From IMG/VR virus record IMGVR_UViG_3300042523_000511, positions 1-55,265 of that record: a DNA stretch of 55,265 bases. The stretch is one strand, 5' to 3'. Shown in pieces: positions 24,731 to 39,700 of this stretch. A program made the translations under genes and the position numbers. Source of the stretch: a virus. Its lineage: Duplodnaviria; Caudoviricetes. How positions within the stretch are numbered: the first letter of the stretch is position 1; each line of letters opens with the position of its first letter. The notes beneath the pieces were generated by a model. That model made no database searches. It was not told the origin of the DNA and saw only the letters and a program-made list of their open reading frames with translations.

Positions 24731-27700
24731 TGGCACGAGTACGCAGCGTAGATTTTCTTCCTGAAATTTTTCAGACCGATGCCAACAAGCAGTTCTTGGC
24801 AGCTACTCTTGATCAGTTGATTCAAGAGCCAAAATTTAAAAAGACTCAAGGCTACATTGGCCGCACAGTAGGTCCTGGTGTAAACCCCAATGACAAATAT
24901 GTGATTGAGCCTGACAAAACTCGCGCTGACTATCAGCTTGAGCCAGGTGTAATCAGTGTAGACCCTACAGATAACAGCAAGATTGTTGATGCTATTACCT
25001 ATCCTGGTATAACTGATTCTTTGGTATATCAAGGCAGTCCGTCAACACAACCCAGCCGATTATACACCAGTGACTATTACAGTCTTGATCCGTTTATCAA
25101 CTTTGATACATTTGTAAACTTTAGCCAATACTATTGGGTTCCAGACGGTCCCGATGTGGTCACTGTGCAATCACCAGGTGTGGCGCTGAGTCAAAATTTC
25201 TCTGTGAATAGAGAAAACGGAGTTTACACTTTTTCAGGTGTGACTGGAAATAATCCCACAATAAATTTAGTACGTGGTGGTAACTACACATTCCAAGTAG
25301 CACAAAACAACAAAGAAACTGTTAACTACAAAGTCACACGTACCAATGTTACCAGTTTCAACATTGACAACGAACCCAACGCACCTATTGTTTTAACTCG
25401 GGGCAACACATACACATTTAACTTGTTTGTGCAAGGTGATTTTCCGTTCTGGATCAAAACTGCTGCCACTACAGGCACAGGCGATGCCTACAACACAGGC
25501 GTGACACGCAATGGATCAACAGTTGGTACTGTGACATTTGTTGTGCCGCAAGATGCACCTGACACACTGTATTATTCTTGTCAAACTCAAAGTCTCATGC
25601 GTGGAACCATCAGCATCATTGATGCTGAACCTGGTGACGGTCCAGGATTTTGGATTCAAACTGCGCCAGGAGTCAACGGATTAGATCCCATAACTCCAAA
25701 CATAACTTCTAGATCCATTTACGGTGTTACTGACAACGGCATTGATCTTGGCACAATCAATTTTAATGTGCCACAAAAAACAGCACAAGATTTTTTCTAC
25801 TATCTTACCAGCATTGGTGCAGTTGATCTTGTTACTGATTTGTTTTTTGAAAATATTGATGGTGCCAGACTAGATCAATTCATAGCCACCTATGGCGGCA
25901 TTGATGGAATCACTGACCTCAACACACGAACTTTGGTATTTGCTAATAGTGCAGGCGATCCTGCTACTAATTATTACAGCGTATGGCGCATTAGTTATGT
26001 TACAGTTGGCGCCTACACCTATCTATCGCTAGGCAGTATTCTAAACATAGACAATTTAGAAAAATGGACCATACGATACGGTACTGAATATTCCAGCACA
26101 CAATGGTATAAAAATCAAGCAGGGTATATTGTTGAAATGCCAGTGCTTACAGCCAAGCTGGACACTTTGTATTACCAAGATGGCACTGATCCAGAAATAT
26201 TTGGGATAATCAGACTGATTGAACAAGACAACAGCGGCACAATTTATATTGAAGATATTTTAGGCAAAACCAATTATACCAGTCCAGATGGAATTACATT
26301 TACTAACGGACTAAAAGTTCAATTTTTAGGCAGTGTATCACCTTCTAGTTATGCTACTGGGTCAAATGCATTTATTTGCACAAACACCGCAGCGGGTATT
26401 AATCTTATTACCACTGAGTCTACACTAGGAATGGCAGTAGGCCAAGAGATTATTTTTTCTAGCACAGCATTTGGTGGAGTTAGCACTGGTGTTACTTACT
26501 ACGTGCAAACAGTGTTTAGTAGCAGCCAGTTCAAAGTGAGTGCAACTAAAAACGGTCCAGCAGTAACATTGACTTCTGCCAATGGCAGTATGGTTGCTAC
26601 TACCAGCCAGAATCCACAATACTATGTGAGTGGAGTGGGCACAGCAATTGAACTATTGCCTGTGACAAATTACATTACTCCTGAAGAGTATGCGGCTGCT
26701 GATGATATTGATTATCTCACAATCAATAGAGATAGCCCAGATCTAAATGCGTGGAGTCGTAGTAATCGTTGGTTCCATATTGATGTGCTTAACGCCACTG
26801 GTGCGTACAACGACACCCCGGTTGTGATAGACAATGACAAAAAAGGCAAGCGGCCAATCATACAGTTCCGCGGCGGTATTAGATTGTACAACATGGGTAC
26901 AGATGCCAAGCAACCAGTGAATGTGATTGACTTTACTGAAACTGATGCTTTTAGTAATATTGAAGGCAGCACTGGATATTCAGTAAACGATTATACATTT
27001 GTCAATGGCAGTCGTGTGATTTTTGCAGCTGACGAAGATCCAAATGTGCGCAGCAAAATTTATGTTGTAAATTTTGTCACTCCAGATACTGTGACACCAC
27101 TAATTGATCAACCAATTATAAATTTAGTAGAAGCAACAGACGGAGAAATATCAGTCGATCAAACTACCACATGTATCAGTGGATCACAGGTTGGTATTAC
27201 CTATTGGTATGATGGTGTGGAGTGGTTAGAGGCGCAACAAAAAACTTCAGTGCAACAAGCACCACTGTTTGATATATTTGATGCCGATGGCATAAGTTTG
27301 GCCAATACAGTTACATATCCTAGTTCAACATTCACAGGCACAAAGTTGTTTAGTTATGCTACTGGATCAGGCATCACAGATCCAATATTACAACTCACAC
27401 TCAAATATCTTTCATTGACCAACGTTGGTGATATTGTGTTTGATAACAATTTGTATTCAGACTCATTTGTGTATGTGCGTGATAATGTCAGCACCACAGC
27501 GCCAATCAGTTCTGGATTTGTCTATGAATATGCATCAAGAACTGTGTATGATAGACTGATTGGCTGGCAAACTGCTGCGGTTCCAACGCTAATGCGCCAG
27601 CAGTTTAAATTTGTCTACAATTTACAACCATTGCAATTGGATGTAGCAGTTCAAACAAACGTTGTGACCACAGTACCTAGTGTAAAAGTGTTTGTGGGAT

Positions 27701-30700
27701 CAATATTTCAGGATCCAGGCACATACACAATAAGCACTACTACCAATACCACAACTATCACATTTAGTACTGTGCATGTGGTAGGAGATGTGATTGAAGT
27801 CGAAGTGCTCAGTGATCAGATCAGTCAGGTGGCTTTTTATCAGGTTCCATTGAATCTCAATAACAATCCATTGAATGCCAACAGCCCGAGTTTTACATTG
27901 GGCACCTTGCGCACTCACTATAACAGTATCTGTCAAAATTTAACCACATTTAGTGGCTCAATCAATGGTGCCAATAACACTAGAGATCTTGGCAATATTA
28001 TACCTTATGGTCAAATAATTTTACAACAAAGCGCACCACTCACACTGGCTGGATATTTTATGAGATCTCAGCAGTACAATATTTTTGGTGCGCTAGAATA
28101 CAACAGCAGAGAATATCAAAAGTACAAAAATCAACTGTTAGAAGCAGTGACCAGACAGACCATACAGTATGAAACTGCGGCGCAAGTGCTTGATACTGTG
28201 ATTGCTGAAATTACGTTGGGTCGCACCTCAAGCAATCCATTCTACTGGAGCGACATGCTGCCAGCCAGCGCAGTGTTTACAACTACAACTTACGCAGTTA
28301 GTTACATCACTACGCAGGTGTTTGACACTGTGCAGTCGTACAATTACACATCTGCCAATTACCTTGGTATGAATGTGTATGTGAATGACGAAATTTTAAC
28401 TAGAGATTTAGAATATACCGTAGCCACAGATGGTCCACGAATTGAGATTTTAATTACTTTAGCCATTGGAGATGTTGTTACTGTTCAAGAATACAGCGCC
28501 ACTTATGGTACCTATGTTCCTAACACTCCTAGCAAAATGGGACTGTATCCTGCCTGGCGTCCAGCCGTTATCCCAGTCAAAACCAGTGCAGGCGAACAAC
28601 TGGTTATACTAGGCCACGACGGTAGTCAAACTCCTATCTTTGGCGACATCCGTGACGAAGTATTGTTGGAATTTGAAACTAGAATTTATAACAACATCAA
28701 ACTAGATGGCAATCCTGTACCTCTTGATGTTGCAGATGTAATACCTGGACAGTTTAGGGATACTGGGTACAGCTATAGTGAAATCAACACCATACTAGAA
28801 ACAAACTTGTTGACCTATGTGGGCTGGAACAAGCTGGATTACACTCTACAAAATTACAATGCTGGTAATCCGTTTACCTACAATTACAGTTCTTCGACCA
28901 ACAAACTCAACGGCGATACATTGTTAGGCGCCTGGCGCGGTATCAATCGTTTTTTCTACGACACTCAGCAGCCTGAATTGACTCCTTGGGAAATGCTTGG
29001 TTTTACTGTTCAACCAGATTGGTGGGAAATCACTTATGGTCCTGCACCGTACACATCTGACAACATGAACTTGTGGGACGACCTGGAACTGGGCCTTGTG
29101 AGAGATCCAGTAGGAGCTTACACCCTACCCGCTTATGCTAGACCCGGATTGACTTCTGTTCTACCAACTGGCACAGCCGGTGAGTTGTTAGCACCATTGG
29201 AGTCAGTGGTAGCTGGCTACAACACACAGTCATTCCAAAAGAGTTGGGCTCCTGGAGATGGCGGCCCTGTTGAAGCATCATGGTGGAACTCAAGTGATTA
29301 TCCATTTGCAGCCATGCGACTGCTGGCACTCACTCGTCCAGCAAAATTCTTTGCACTATTTGCTGATAGAGACTTATACAAATACAGCACAGAATTTGAT
29401 CAATATCTCTACAATGAACGATACAGATTAGATGCCAATGGAGTGCAAGTATATGGCGATGGCACCAGCAAAGCCAGTTACATCAACTGGATTGTGGATT
29501 ACAATCGCATCACAGGCACCGACAGCACTGTGGCATTAGAAAAAGACCTACAAAATTTAGATGTTCGACTGTGTTACAGAATGGCGTCATTCTCAGACAA
29601 ACAGTATTTGAAATTGTACACTGAAAAGTCCAGTCCAAAATCAACCAATGACAGTTTGCAAATTCCTCCAGAAAGTTATCAACTGCTGGTGTATAAAAAT
29701 CAACCATTTGACAGATTGATCTACAGTTCAGTCGTGATTCAAGTTGTAGATGGCGGCTGGGCAGTTTTTGGCTACAGCACTGCAAGACCATTTTTTAACA
29801 CATTGACCAGTATCCCAGTTGGGCAATTCCAAACATACAGTGTGGCCAGTAAAACTATCAAAGCCCCTGCCAATTACACAACCAACATCACTCAAATTCC
29901 TTACGGATTTGTGTTTACAACTGAATCAGCTGTGGCCAATTTCTTGTTGAGTTATGGAAAGTTTTTAGAATCACAAGGATTTGAATTTACCAATCAAATC
30001 AATGGCTATTTGATGACTTGGTCACAAATGGTATACGAATATATGTATTGGAGTCAACAAGGTTGGGGCACCGGCAGTTTGATCAACTTGAATCCATTGG
30101 CCACAGGACTTTCAGTTTTTAAAGAACAAGCAGTGGTAGATACTATTACATCACAAACTGCAGAACATGTTATCTTGGATCAGAATCGTAAAGATTTTCC
30201 TGTGCGCGATCTTAACATTGTGCGAGTTGACAATAACTTTACCATTCAGCCATTGAACAATCAAAGCCTGAGTTTTATTGACATGCGTTACACCAGCTTT
30301 GAAAGCATGATTGTGCTGGATAACGCCAGTTTGTTTGGAGATTTAATTTTTGAACCCGTAACAGGTGCTAGACAAAGCAGACTGTATCTATCTGGCACCA
30401 CTACTACAGAATGGGATGGTAGTGTAAACGCCCAAGGATTTATTCTAAATCAAAATAACATTCCTGCATGGACTGGATTAAAAACTTATGCCAAAGGTGA
30501 AATAGTAACATACAAGGGCGCATACTGGAGTGCAGCCACAATTGTTCAACCCAGCGCCAAGTTCAATTACAATGATTGGAATCAAAGTGATTACACATTT
30601 ATTGAACAGGGATTGTTGGCCAACCTTGCAAACAAAGCTGACCAACTCAGCAACAGCTATGACATCAACTCGGCTAACTTAATTGCTGACAATGACTTGT

Positions 30701-33700
30701 TGAGTTATGGATTGATTGGTTTTAGACCAAGACAATACATGGCAGCACTGAACCTTGATGACGTCAGTCAACTTAACATCTACAGAGAATTCCTTGGAAC
30801 CAAAGGAACTAAAAATAGCACTGACTTGTTTGGTCAAGCCAAATTTAATAAAGAAGTTGCTGATTACAAAGTTTACGAAAACTGGGCAATACAACGCGGA
30901 GTGTACGGTGCCAATGCCAACCGCAGTTTCTTTGACTTACGTTTGAATCGTGCATTGTTATCCAGCAATCCTAGCTTGGTGCAAGTTGTGGTACCAAACG
31001 AAGCAAGCACCGCTGATCAACAAATTTTTCTTAGCGATGTATGGAAAAACAGTTTTCCGTTGACCACTACTGCATTGTTGCCAACCACTACCACATTGCC
31101 AACAGATATAGCTTTGCCTAATGCTGGTTATGTCAACATCGATGACGCTGATATCACAGTGTTTGACTTAGATGATCCTACAAATCTCAATGCCAATATA
31201 GATTCTATCATAGTTGGCACAAGCATTTGGGTGGCTAAAGTAAACAGCTATGATTGGAACATTTATCGTGCTGAATCTGTGCCAGGCACTATTCAGCACG
31301 TTTGCGATAATTTGAACGGAACCAGCAGAGTTATATTCAGTGGACAACATGGATTGAGCACTGGCGATCGACTGATCATAAGATTTTTTGACACCGAAGT
31401 CAATGGTGTTTACACAGTGTTGAGTGTTCCAAATTTAACCACAGTAAACATTGCATTAGATCTTGCAGGTGATCGCACAGTGGTCAACGGCACAGGCATT
31501 GGATTTACACTAAAAACCATGCGTGTGGATCAGGCCAGTGATATATTAGATTTACCTTATGCTCAGCAAATTTTACCTGGGGCAAAAGTTTGGGTAGATG
31601 ATAACGGGCAAGGCTTGTGGGAAGTATTAGAAAAACAAAATCCATTCACTGATCGAACAGTACTGGCTCCTGTATTATTAGATGCCACAGAACAATACGG
31701 AGCATCTGTAGCACAAGCCACAAATCGAGCAGCATTGTTTGTTGGTAGTCCACGTTATGGATTTGGGACAGGTACTGCGACAGGCGGCATCTATCTGTAT
31801 GTTAAAAATTACAGCGATCAGTACGTGCCAATCAGTCCTATTAGCAATCAAGACACTGTGCTCACATTAAACACCACAGGGCTACGTGGATATGGCAATG
31901 CAGTAGATGCTGGCAATCAAACATGGGCCATAGGCGGCGCAAGTGCCAGTTTAGGTCCAGCTCCGGCTGGATCACCAGCCAACAACGGATACGCTGTGGT
32001 GTTGTGGCGCGATCCTGCTGCTGGTATAGTTAACAGCAGTCCTTGGATACAATCACAGTTGTTGACCTTACCAGGCACAACTACTACCACAACACCGGGT
32101 GCTGGAGAATTTGGCTACAGCGTGGCCATGAGTCTTGACGAACGGTGGTTGTATGTGGGTGCTCCTGGGTTAAACACAGTGTATGCATATGGCCAAGTAC
32201 AATGGCAAAATCAATTTTTGCAATACAAAGCCAATGGAACCAGCAATACTGCTGACATCAGCAATAACATACAAATTAACAATGCCAACCAGATTGTTGT
32301 AACCAAAAACAATGCAGTGCTGGTACTCTCAACAGATTACACAGTTGATGCTGGATTTACCACAGTAACATTTACATCAACTCCGGCAGCCGATGACATT
32401 ATCAATATTTCGCGACTGTATTTCAAAGCATTTACCGCCAGTGGTGCCACATATTCGTTGTCGCCATACTTGTTTACGTTAACTGACATTTACTCATTCT
32501 CGGTCACAGTTGATGGGGTGTTACAACGTCCAAATATTGACTACACTTACTCTGCCGGTACTTTGACATTTTATAATATTCCCAGTGGTGGCGCAGCAAT
32601 TGGAGTAACATCTCAATACTATTATGAGCTTGCTGGAACACTTACACCAACTGTGGCAGTTGCTGCTGGTGCAAGATTTGGTGCCAGCGTTCAGTGCAGT
32701 ACTGATGGTCGACAAGTTATAATTGGATGCTCTAGTGCCACAGTTGATGGCTTGCTTGAAGCAGGTTCAGTATATGTGTTTGATAGAAACGTACAAAAAT
32801 TCATTCGCCAAGATGACAGCTCTAACACTTATACTGTGTTAGGAACAGTGTCAGCTCCGGTTAGTGTGTTAGTCAACAATGCATTCTTAACCAATCAAAC
32901 AGACAGTATTGTTGGCGCCGACGACACATTCTCGGTGTCGGGCAATAACATTACCATTAACAAAGATTTGTTTGTGGGAGATGTAATTGAAATTGAAATC
33001 AATCAGTTTGTTCAACAGCAATTGATCACAGAAAATGTTGTGGCTGAATACACAAACTATGGTCAAAGTTTAGACTTATGCCCATACAACTGTAGTTTGT
33101 ATGTGGGTGCTCCACAAGATTCCAGCGTGGTTTGGAAAGGTGGCGTAGTTGAACGCAGTGTAAATCAATCACGAAGTTATGGCACAATTACTTCTACTAT
33201 TGCCAACCCTAGTTTGACTGCTGGCCAAACTTTGCGAGTAAACAACATGGACATTGCTGTACCAGCCAGTCCAAACAACAATATAGCAGGTCTTGCTGCT
33301 GCCATCAATGGTGGCGAAGCAGGTACCAATACAGGTGCTCCTAATGCTACAGCAGTAGTTTCTACAGATGGCTATTTGACTATTTTTGTAACCAACACTG
33401 ATGCTGCGCTTGAAGGTAACAAATTGCAAGTGGCACCTGGGTCTGTTGGTACAGTATTTTCTGCACTTGGGTTTAAAACTTTTGTCTATACACAAACTAT
33501 TGAAAGCCCACGGCCAGTAGAGTTTGGTCAATTTGGTTACTCAGTGGCCATAAACGATACTGCATTAAATCTAGTGGTTGGATCACCCAAAGGCAGTTTG
33601 TATTTGCCAATGGTGTTTGATTACAACACCACAACACAAGAAGCAGGCACCACATTTGATGGCAACTCTACCACATTCTTTAGCCCTGTTGTACAATCTG

Positions 33701-36700
33701 GCGTGGTCTACACATATGACTATTTGCCTAGCAACAGTCTCAGTGTAGCCAACCCAGGCAAGTTTATATTTGGTCAACAAGTGGAAACTGATTCAGTGAC
33801 TTATTTGGACCAATTTGGTTATGCAGTGAGTTATAACTCTGGAGTGCTGGTTGCAACAGCGCCAGGTGAAGATTTTGAAGATAGCACATTCAGCGAATAC
33901 GGTGCTGCCTACTTGTTTGAAAATCCCACAAGACGTCTTGCATGGGAACCAATTGCCATTCAGCAGCCAGTGGTTGATATCAAGTTATTAACCAGTGTGT
34001 ACATGTATGACAGAATCTCTTCTGCCAAGAGTCAATTCTTTGACTTCTTTGACCCACTGCAAGGAAAAGTATTAGGTGCTGCTCAAGAAAATATTGATTT
34101 TATCAGTGCTGTTGATCCTGCATCTTATAATGTTGGTCCAATTAACAACCGCGGCAACACCTGGAATGTCACAAATCTTGGTGAAGTTTGGTGGGATATC
34201 AGTACTGTGAGATTTATTAACCCTAACCAAGACAATCCAACTTACGCCAGTCGTCGATGGGGGCAAGTGTTCCCAGGTAGCAGTGTTGATGTGTATCAAT
34301 GGATTTCTAGTACAGTACCACCTGCAAATTACACTGGAGTTGGTGTTCCATACAGCACTACCAGCTATGTGGTAAGCACTCGGTTGAATCAATCTGGAAC
34401 ATTTGTAACTGAATATTACTTTTGGGTACGTGGCATAACTGAAACTGCATCACAGTCGGGTAAAACTCTTAGTGTGGCCACAGTGGCATCTTACATTCAA
34501 GAGCCCAAAGCCAGTGGTATTAGTTATATTGCACCAATCAATTCTAGTACCATTGCAATATACAATGGCCTTGATTACATTGTAGCGTTTGACACTATTC
34601 TCAGTATTGAGTTTGATCAAACATTAACTGATGCAAATGTGCATACCGAGTATGAGTTGATTGCGCAAGGTGAAGAAGATGCATTCTTAACTGATAACTT
34701 GTATCGCAAACTACAAGACAGTTTTTGTGGAGTAGACACAGCTGGTAACAAAGTACCTGATCCAAATTTAAATTATGCTCAACAATATGGTGTGCAATTC
34801 CGTCCGCGTCAAAGTATGTTTGTGGATCGCTTCTTGGCACTAAAAAATTATATCCAACGTGCAAACGATGTGTTTTCTTTGTATCCTATAACAGAAAGCA
34901 GAAGTTTTGTTTTGCTTAATAGTGCAGAGCCAGAACCCACTTTGGCCAGTGGTGAGTGGGATTTGCGTGTGGCTAACTTGGAAATTTTGGGATTTCAAAA
35001 TATCTATGCTGTACCATTAGGTTACAAATACCTTGTGGTCACTAACAGTTTGAATCGTGGCTTATGGACGATCAATGAAGTGCAAGCCACTATTACTGAT
35101 CCGTCAGTAAGAGAGTTGGTGTTGAGTCGAGTGCAAAATTATGACACACGTCAATACTGGAGTTATGTAAACTGGTATAAACCAGGATACAATTCTAGTT
35201 CAACTGTTGTGGCAGAAGTTCCAAACTATGCCACACTAGCTACTCTTAGTGTGCCTATTGGATCTAGCGTTAAAGTAACTGCTAATGCACAAGGTAAATT
35301 TGAAATTTACCTGCGCACTGACACTGGGTGGGATCGCGTAGCACTTGAGGATGGTACTATTGAAATTTCTGCTGAAATTTATAACTATGCCTTGGGCAGA
35401 TTTGGATTTGATGTTGAAGTGTTTGATGCACAGTACTACGATCAAGAACCAATAATTGAAACTCGTAAAATTATTCAAGCCATTAATGAAGAATTGTTTG
35501 TTGACGAGCTAAAAATTGAACGTAATAAATCTCTTACGTTGATGTTTAACTTTATTCTGAGTGAACTGCTGGCACCGGAATGGTTGATCAAAACCAGTTT
35601 GATTGATGTACAGCACAAAGTTAGAGATCTAGTACCATATCAAAATTACATTCGCGACAACCAAGACTTTGTGAGTGAGTACCTTCAAGAAGTCAAGCCG
35701 TATCATGTGCAAGTTCGAGCATTCAACTTGACTTATGATGGCGCTGATGACTATATGGGTAGTTTGACTGACTTTGATGTTCCAGCCTATTACAACACAG
35801 ATTTAACCATACCACAATATGTAAGTCCAATTCTATTGCCTTACCAACATGCTACAGCTCAGGCGTTTAACACGCTTAGTGATACTGCACCTAACAGCAC
35901 ACTCTGGGCAGATTGGCCATACAGTCAATGGTTTGGCAATTATTTGCTACAAGTAGCATCAATTACTGTAACTGATCAAGGTACAGGATACACTATTGCA
36001 CCGACCGTGGCAATTGTGCCTGCTGATGGAGACACTGGATCGGGTGCAGAGGCTGTTGCAGTGCTTAATTCTTTAGGCAATGTAGTATCTATAACAGTAA
36101 CTAATCCAGGTTCAGGATATCGATCAACTCCAACTGTGGTATTCAGTGGTGGCAATGGCACAAGCGCCACTGCTTATCCTGTGATGTCTGGCTTGGGAAA
36201 TGCCACCAATCAGGCAACCGGCAACTCAGAATTTTACAATTTAGTTCGTAATTTTAAAACAGTTATCAAATATGACCGGTATCAATATCAAACATCTATA
36301 TTGACTTGGAGTTCTGACGGCACATATGAAAACGGCACATTGGTTAGATATGATAACCGAGTATGGCAAGCTGACAGCACTGATGGCAGTACCGCAGTGG
36401 TCGGTCCAGAATTCAATCTTGAAGATTGGATTCTAGTAGATGCAGCCACTCTCAGTGGTGTAAATCGTACCATGGGCTTTTATGTTCCAGGTGTAAACGA
36501 ACTTGGCTTAGATTTGCAGTTATTGGTTGATGGCACCAGCTATCCCGGAGTACAAGTGTGGGGCGATTATTTCTTGGGCAGTGCGCCGGCAAGTCCTACT
36601 TTGGTATGTACCGCTACTGATGCAACAACTAACGAAATTACATGTGTTCAAACAGTGCGATTGTCACTCAATGATCCAATTAGATTTTACGGTACAGTGT

Positions 36701-39700
36701 TTGGAGGAATTGTAGCAGGCACAGTTTACTATGTCAACAGTATTGTTGATTCCACACATTTTACAGTTGCTCTGTCTCCAGATGGATTAACAGTTAGTTT
36801 GACCACTGCTACTGGTACTATGGTTGCAGATGTGCCAGAACCCTTAGATGCTACCTATGCCAGCAGTTTCACTGATCAATATCTTGGCCTGCGCCCAACA
36901 GATATCAATGTTGACGGCGGCGAGTTTATTGGTTCTTACGAAGGACATGCTCCAGAAGAGTTGGTTAACGGATCTGAGTATGACACACTAGATTTCCGTG
37001 TGTATACTCGTCCAGGTGCAGACTGGCTTAATCGCGGACATGGATTTTCAATTGGATCTTACAATTATGTCTATCAAGATTCTGCATTGAGATGGGATGA
37101 CCTGGTGCAAAATCCTGTAAACATAGAAGTATCCAATGTTACTACAGATAGTGATCTCTCACCAGATGTAGACTATGTTGTGGACTGGGAAAATCAAACT
37201 ATCTCAGCTATCACAGGTGGTGGCATTGCTACAGGTGATGTGATCAATATTGCTGCTTACGAAATGGGTGGCGGCAATCAATTGTTCCGTGGCAACTATA
37301 GCGGGTCAAATGTTAATGATTCTGTTGTGATTCCTGTAAAGGCAGACGAAATTTACGAACTGGTATTGTTTGTAAATGGCGAAAATGTGTCAGGGGCTAC
37401 TTGGACTCCATACGCTAATAGCACACCATGGACTTACGAAAATTCGTATGCAGCACAAACTGTTGTTGAAGACAATAACTTGTACTACCGAGCGTTACAA
37501 GTAGTTCCGCCAGGAATTTTGATAGATGATCCACTGTACTGGGTAGCATTTGTTCCAGCAACAAAATCTATAGTAACATTTCCATACCCAATAGCCAGTG
37601 TAAAATATGCAACCACAGAAGCTTTGCCTGCTCCGTATGGCTATGTGTACAACAATGGAGTAAACGGAGTTGGCGCAACCTTAACAAACGCCAACATTTA
37701 CGATTACTATTCTGTATTGACTATTGACGGTGTTACTCCATCAGTAGGAGATCGTATACTTGTTAAAAATGAAGTTGGCGCATATACCAATGATACTACT
37801 CAGAGTGCAACATTTAATGGAATATACACTGTTACTAGAGTTGGCAATAGTTTTGTTTCTTGGATATTGACTAGAGCAACAGATTTTGTAAACCCTCAGG
37901 ACATTCCTAGTGCAGTCACTTTGGTTACATCAGGATCAACCAATGCCGATACAAGATGGGTGTGTGCATCAAATCCATCTATTTCTGTTGGAACTACAGA
38001 GATCAATTGGATTCCTTTTATAGGTAGTGCATCGCCATATGGTGCAGGAGATGGTATTTCTATTACTGCAATGGGCATTGAAGATCCGCAATACAGTTGG
38101 AGCACAGCAACCACACAATATCGCACAGTTACACTGTCTGACACGTTGACCAACAGCATCAATCTTGAAAATAGCATGCAAGGTACCAATGTAGCCAATC
38201 TTGTGGTCACGTTGAATGGCAAACGTTTGCAACCGCCCGAAGGTATTGAATGGACTGGCGATGGCACCAGTAGCAGTTTTGGACTGCCACAACGCGGCGG
38301 CGGCTATCCACAATCTGAAATTAATGCATACACTGACATTCAAGTATGGTTAGATAATGTATTACAGGTGCAAAACTATGGTTCAGTTGTTGGAGACTAT
38401 TACGTGACCAACTACGATGGTAGCAATACTCCAGGTCGCCAGGTCATATTTTTTACACCACCTGCAGATGGGGCACAAATTTTAATATCAGTCAGCACCA
38501 TTGCACAATATTCAGTGGCCACCGGAACAACAAACAGATTGTTAATTACGCCATTGATGAATCAAGGTGATCATCTTGCTATTACCAGTTGGAATGATAC
38601 ATCACAACAAGACATATTGACTTTGGTGTTTGTTGGCCCAGTCACTACAGGACTAACACTGGTTGAACCATACGATAGCACTGGATATAGTTTTCCTGAT
38701 GCATCCCCTGTGAATGATACTCCAGGAAGTTATGATTTCAGCCTTGGTGTAGCCATTCCAGACAACGACTTTAATCTTGGCCGAGAAGGGTTACTTGCTG
38801 ATAGACTGTGGGTCACACTTGATGGCAACAGACTGTATGCTGGTGTAGATTATGCTGTTCAAGGACAATATTTAATCTTAGGCTCAGGAGTTATTGGATC
38901 TGCACAGGTATTGGCAGTAACAGAATTTACTCAAAGTATTGTGCCAGATGCCATGGCATTTAGATTGTTCCAAGACATGCGTGGAGTTCAAACTACATTC
39001 CGCATTACGGCTTCAACAACTACCACTGTGACGCAAACAGTTTCTGCCACTGCTGACACAATCTACGTCACTGATGCTGCGGCACTTAGCGAACCCAATT
39101 TGAGTGCTGGTATTTTTGGTGTGGCCACAATTAATGGTGAACGTATCTTGTATCGTGAACGAAATCTTGCTGCAAATTCAATCAGTGGATTACAACGTGG
39201 TACTGCTGGTACTGCCGCAGCCACACACGCTGTGGGTGCTGAAGTGTATGACATGGGCATTGGTAATAGACAACCACAAGAAGATCAAAACTACATTGTG
39301 AGTGATACCAGTACAGGTGACGGGTCTACCACAATATTCTATGCGCCAACTATTGAATTTGATTTAGGCGACAGCTCTTTTGAGATTGATAGTATTGAAG
39401 TGTACGTTGGTGGTAATCGTGCTAGAAATGGCTACTATGCTGGACAGTTTGTGATTGGGCAAACGTATACAATTGCCAGCATTGGAAACACCAACTGGTA
39501 TGCTATTGGGTTACCAAGCGATGTTTTCCCAGCGCCCGGTGTAGTGTTTACAGCCACAGGTGCCGGCACAGGCACAGGTGTAGCAGGCAATAGTTTGGCA
39601 AGTAATTATTACAAAGAAAGTGACTATGATCCACTAGCGATACAGTTCCTTACAGCCAGTGATTTGCCAGCGCCGGGTGCAGGTGTTGATGTGGTTATTT

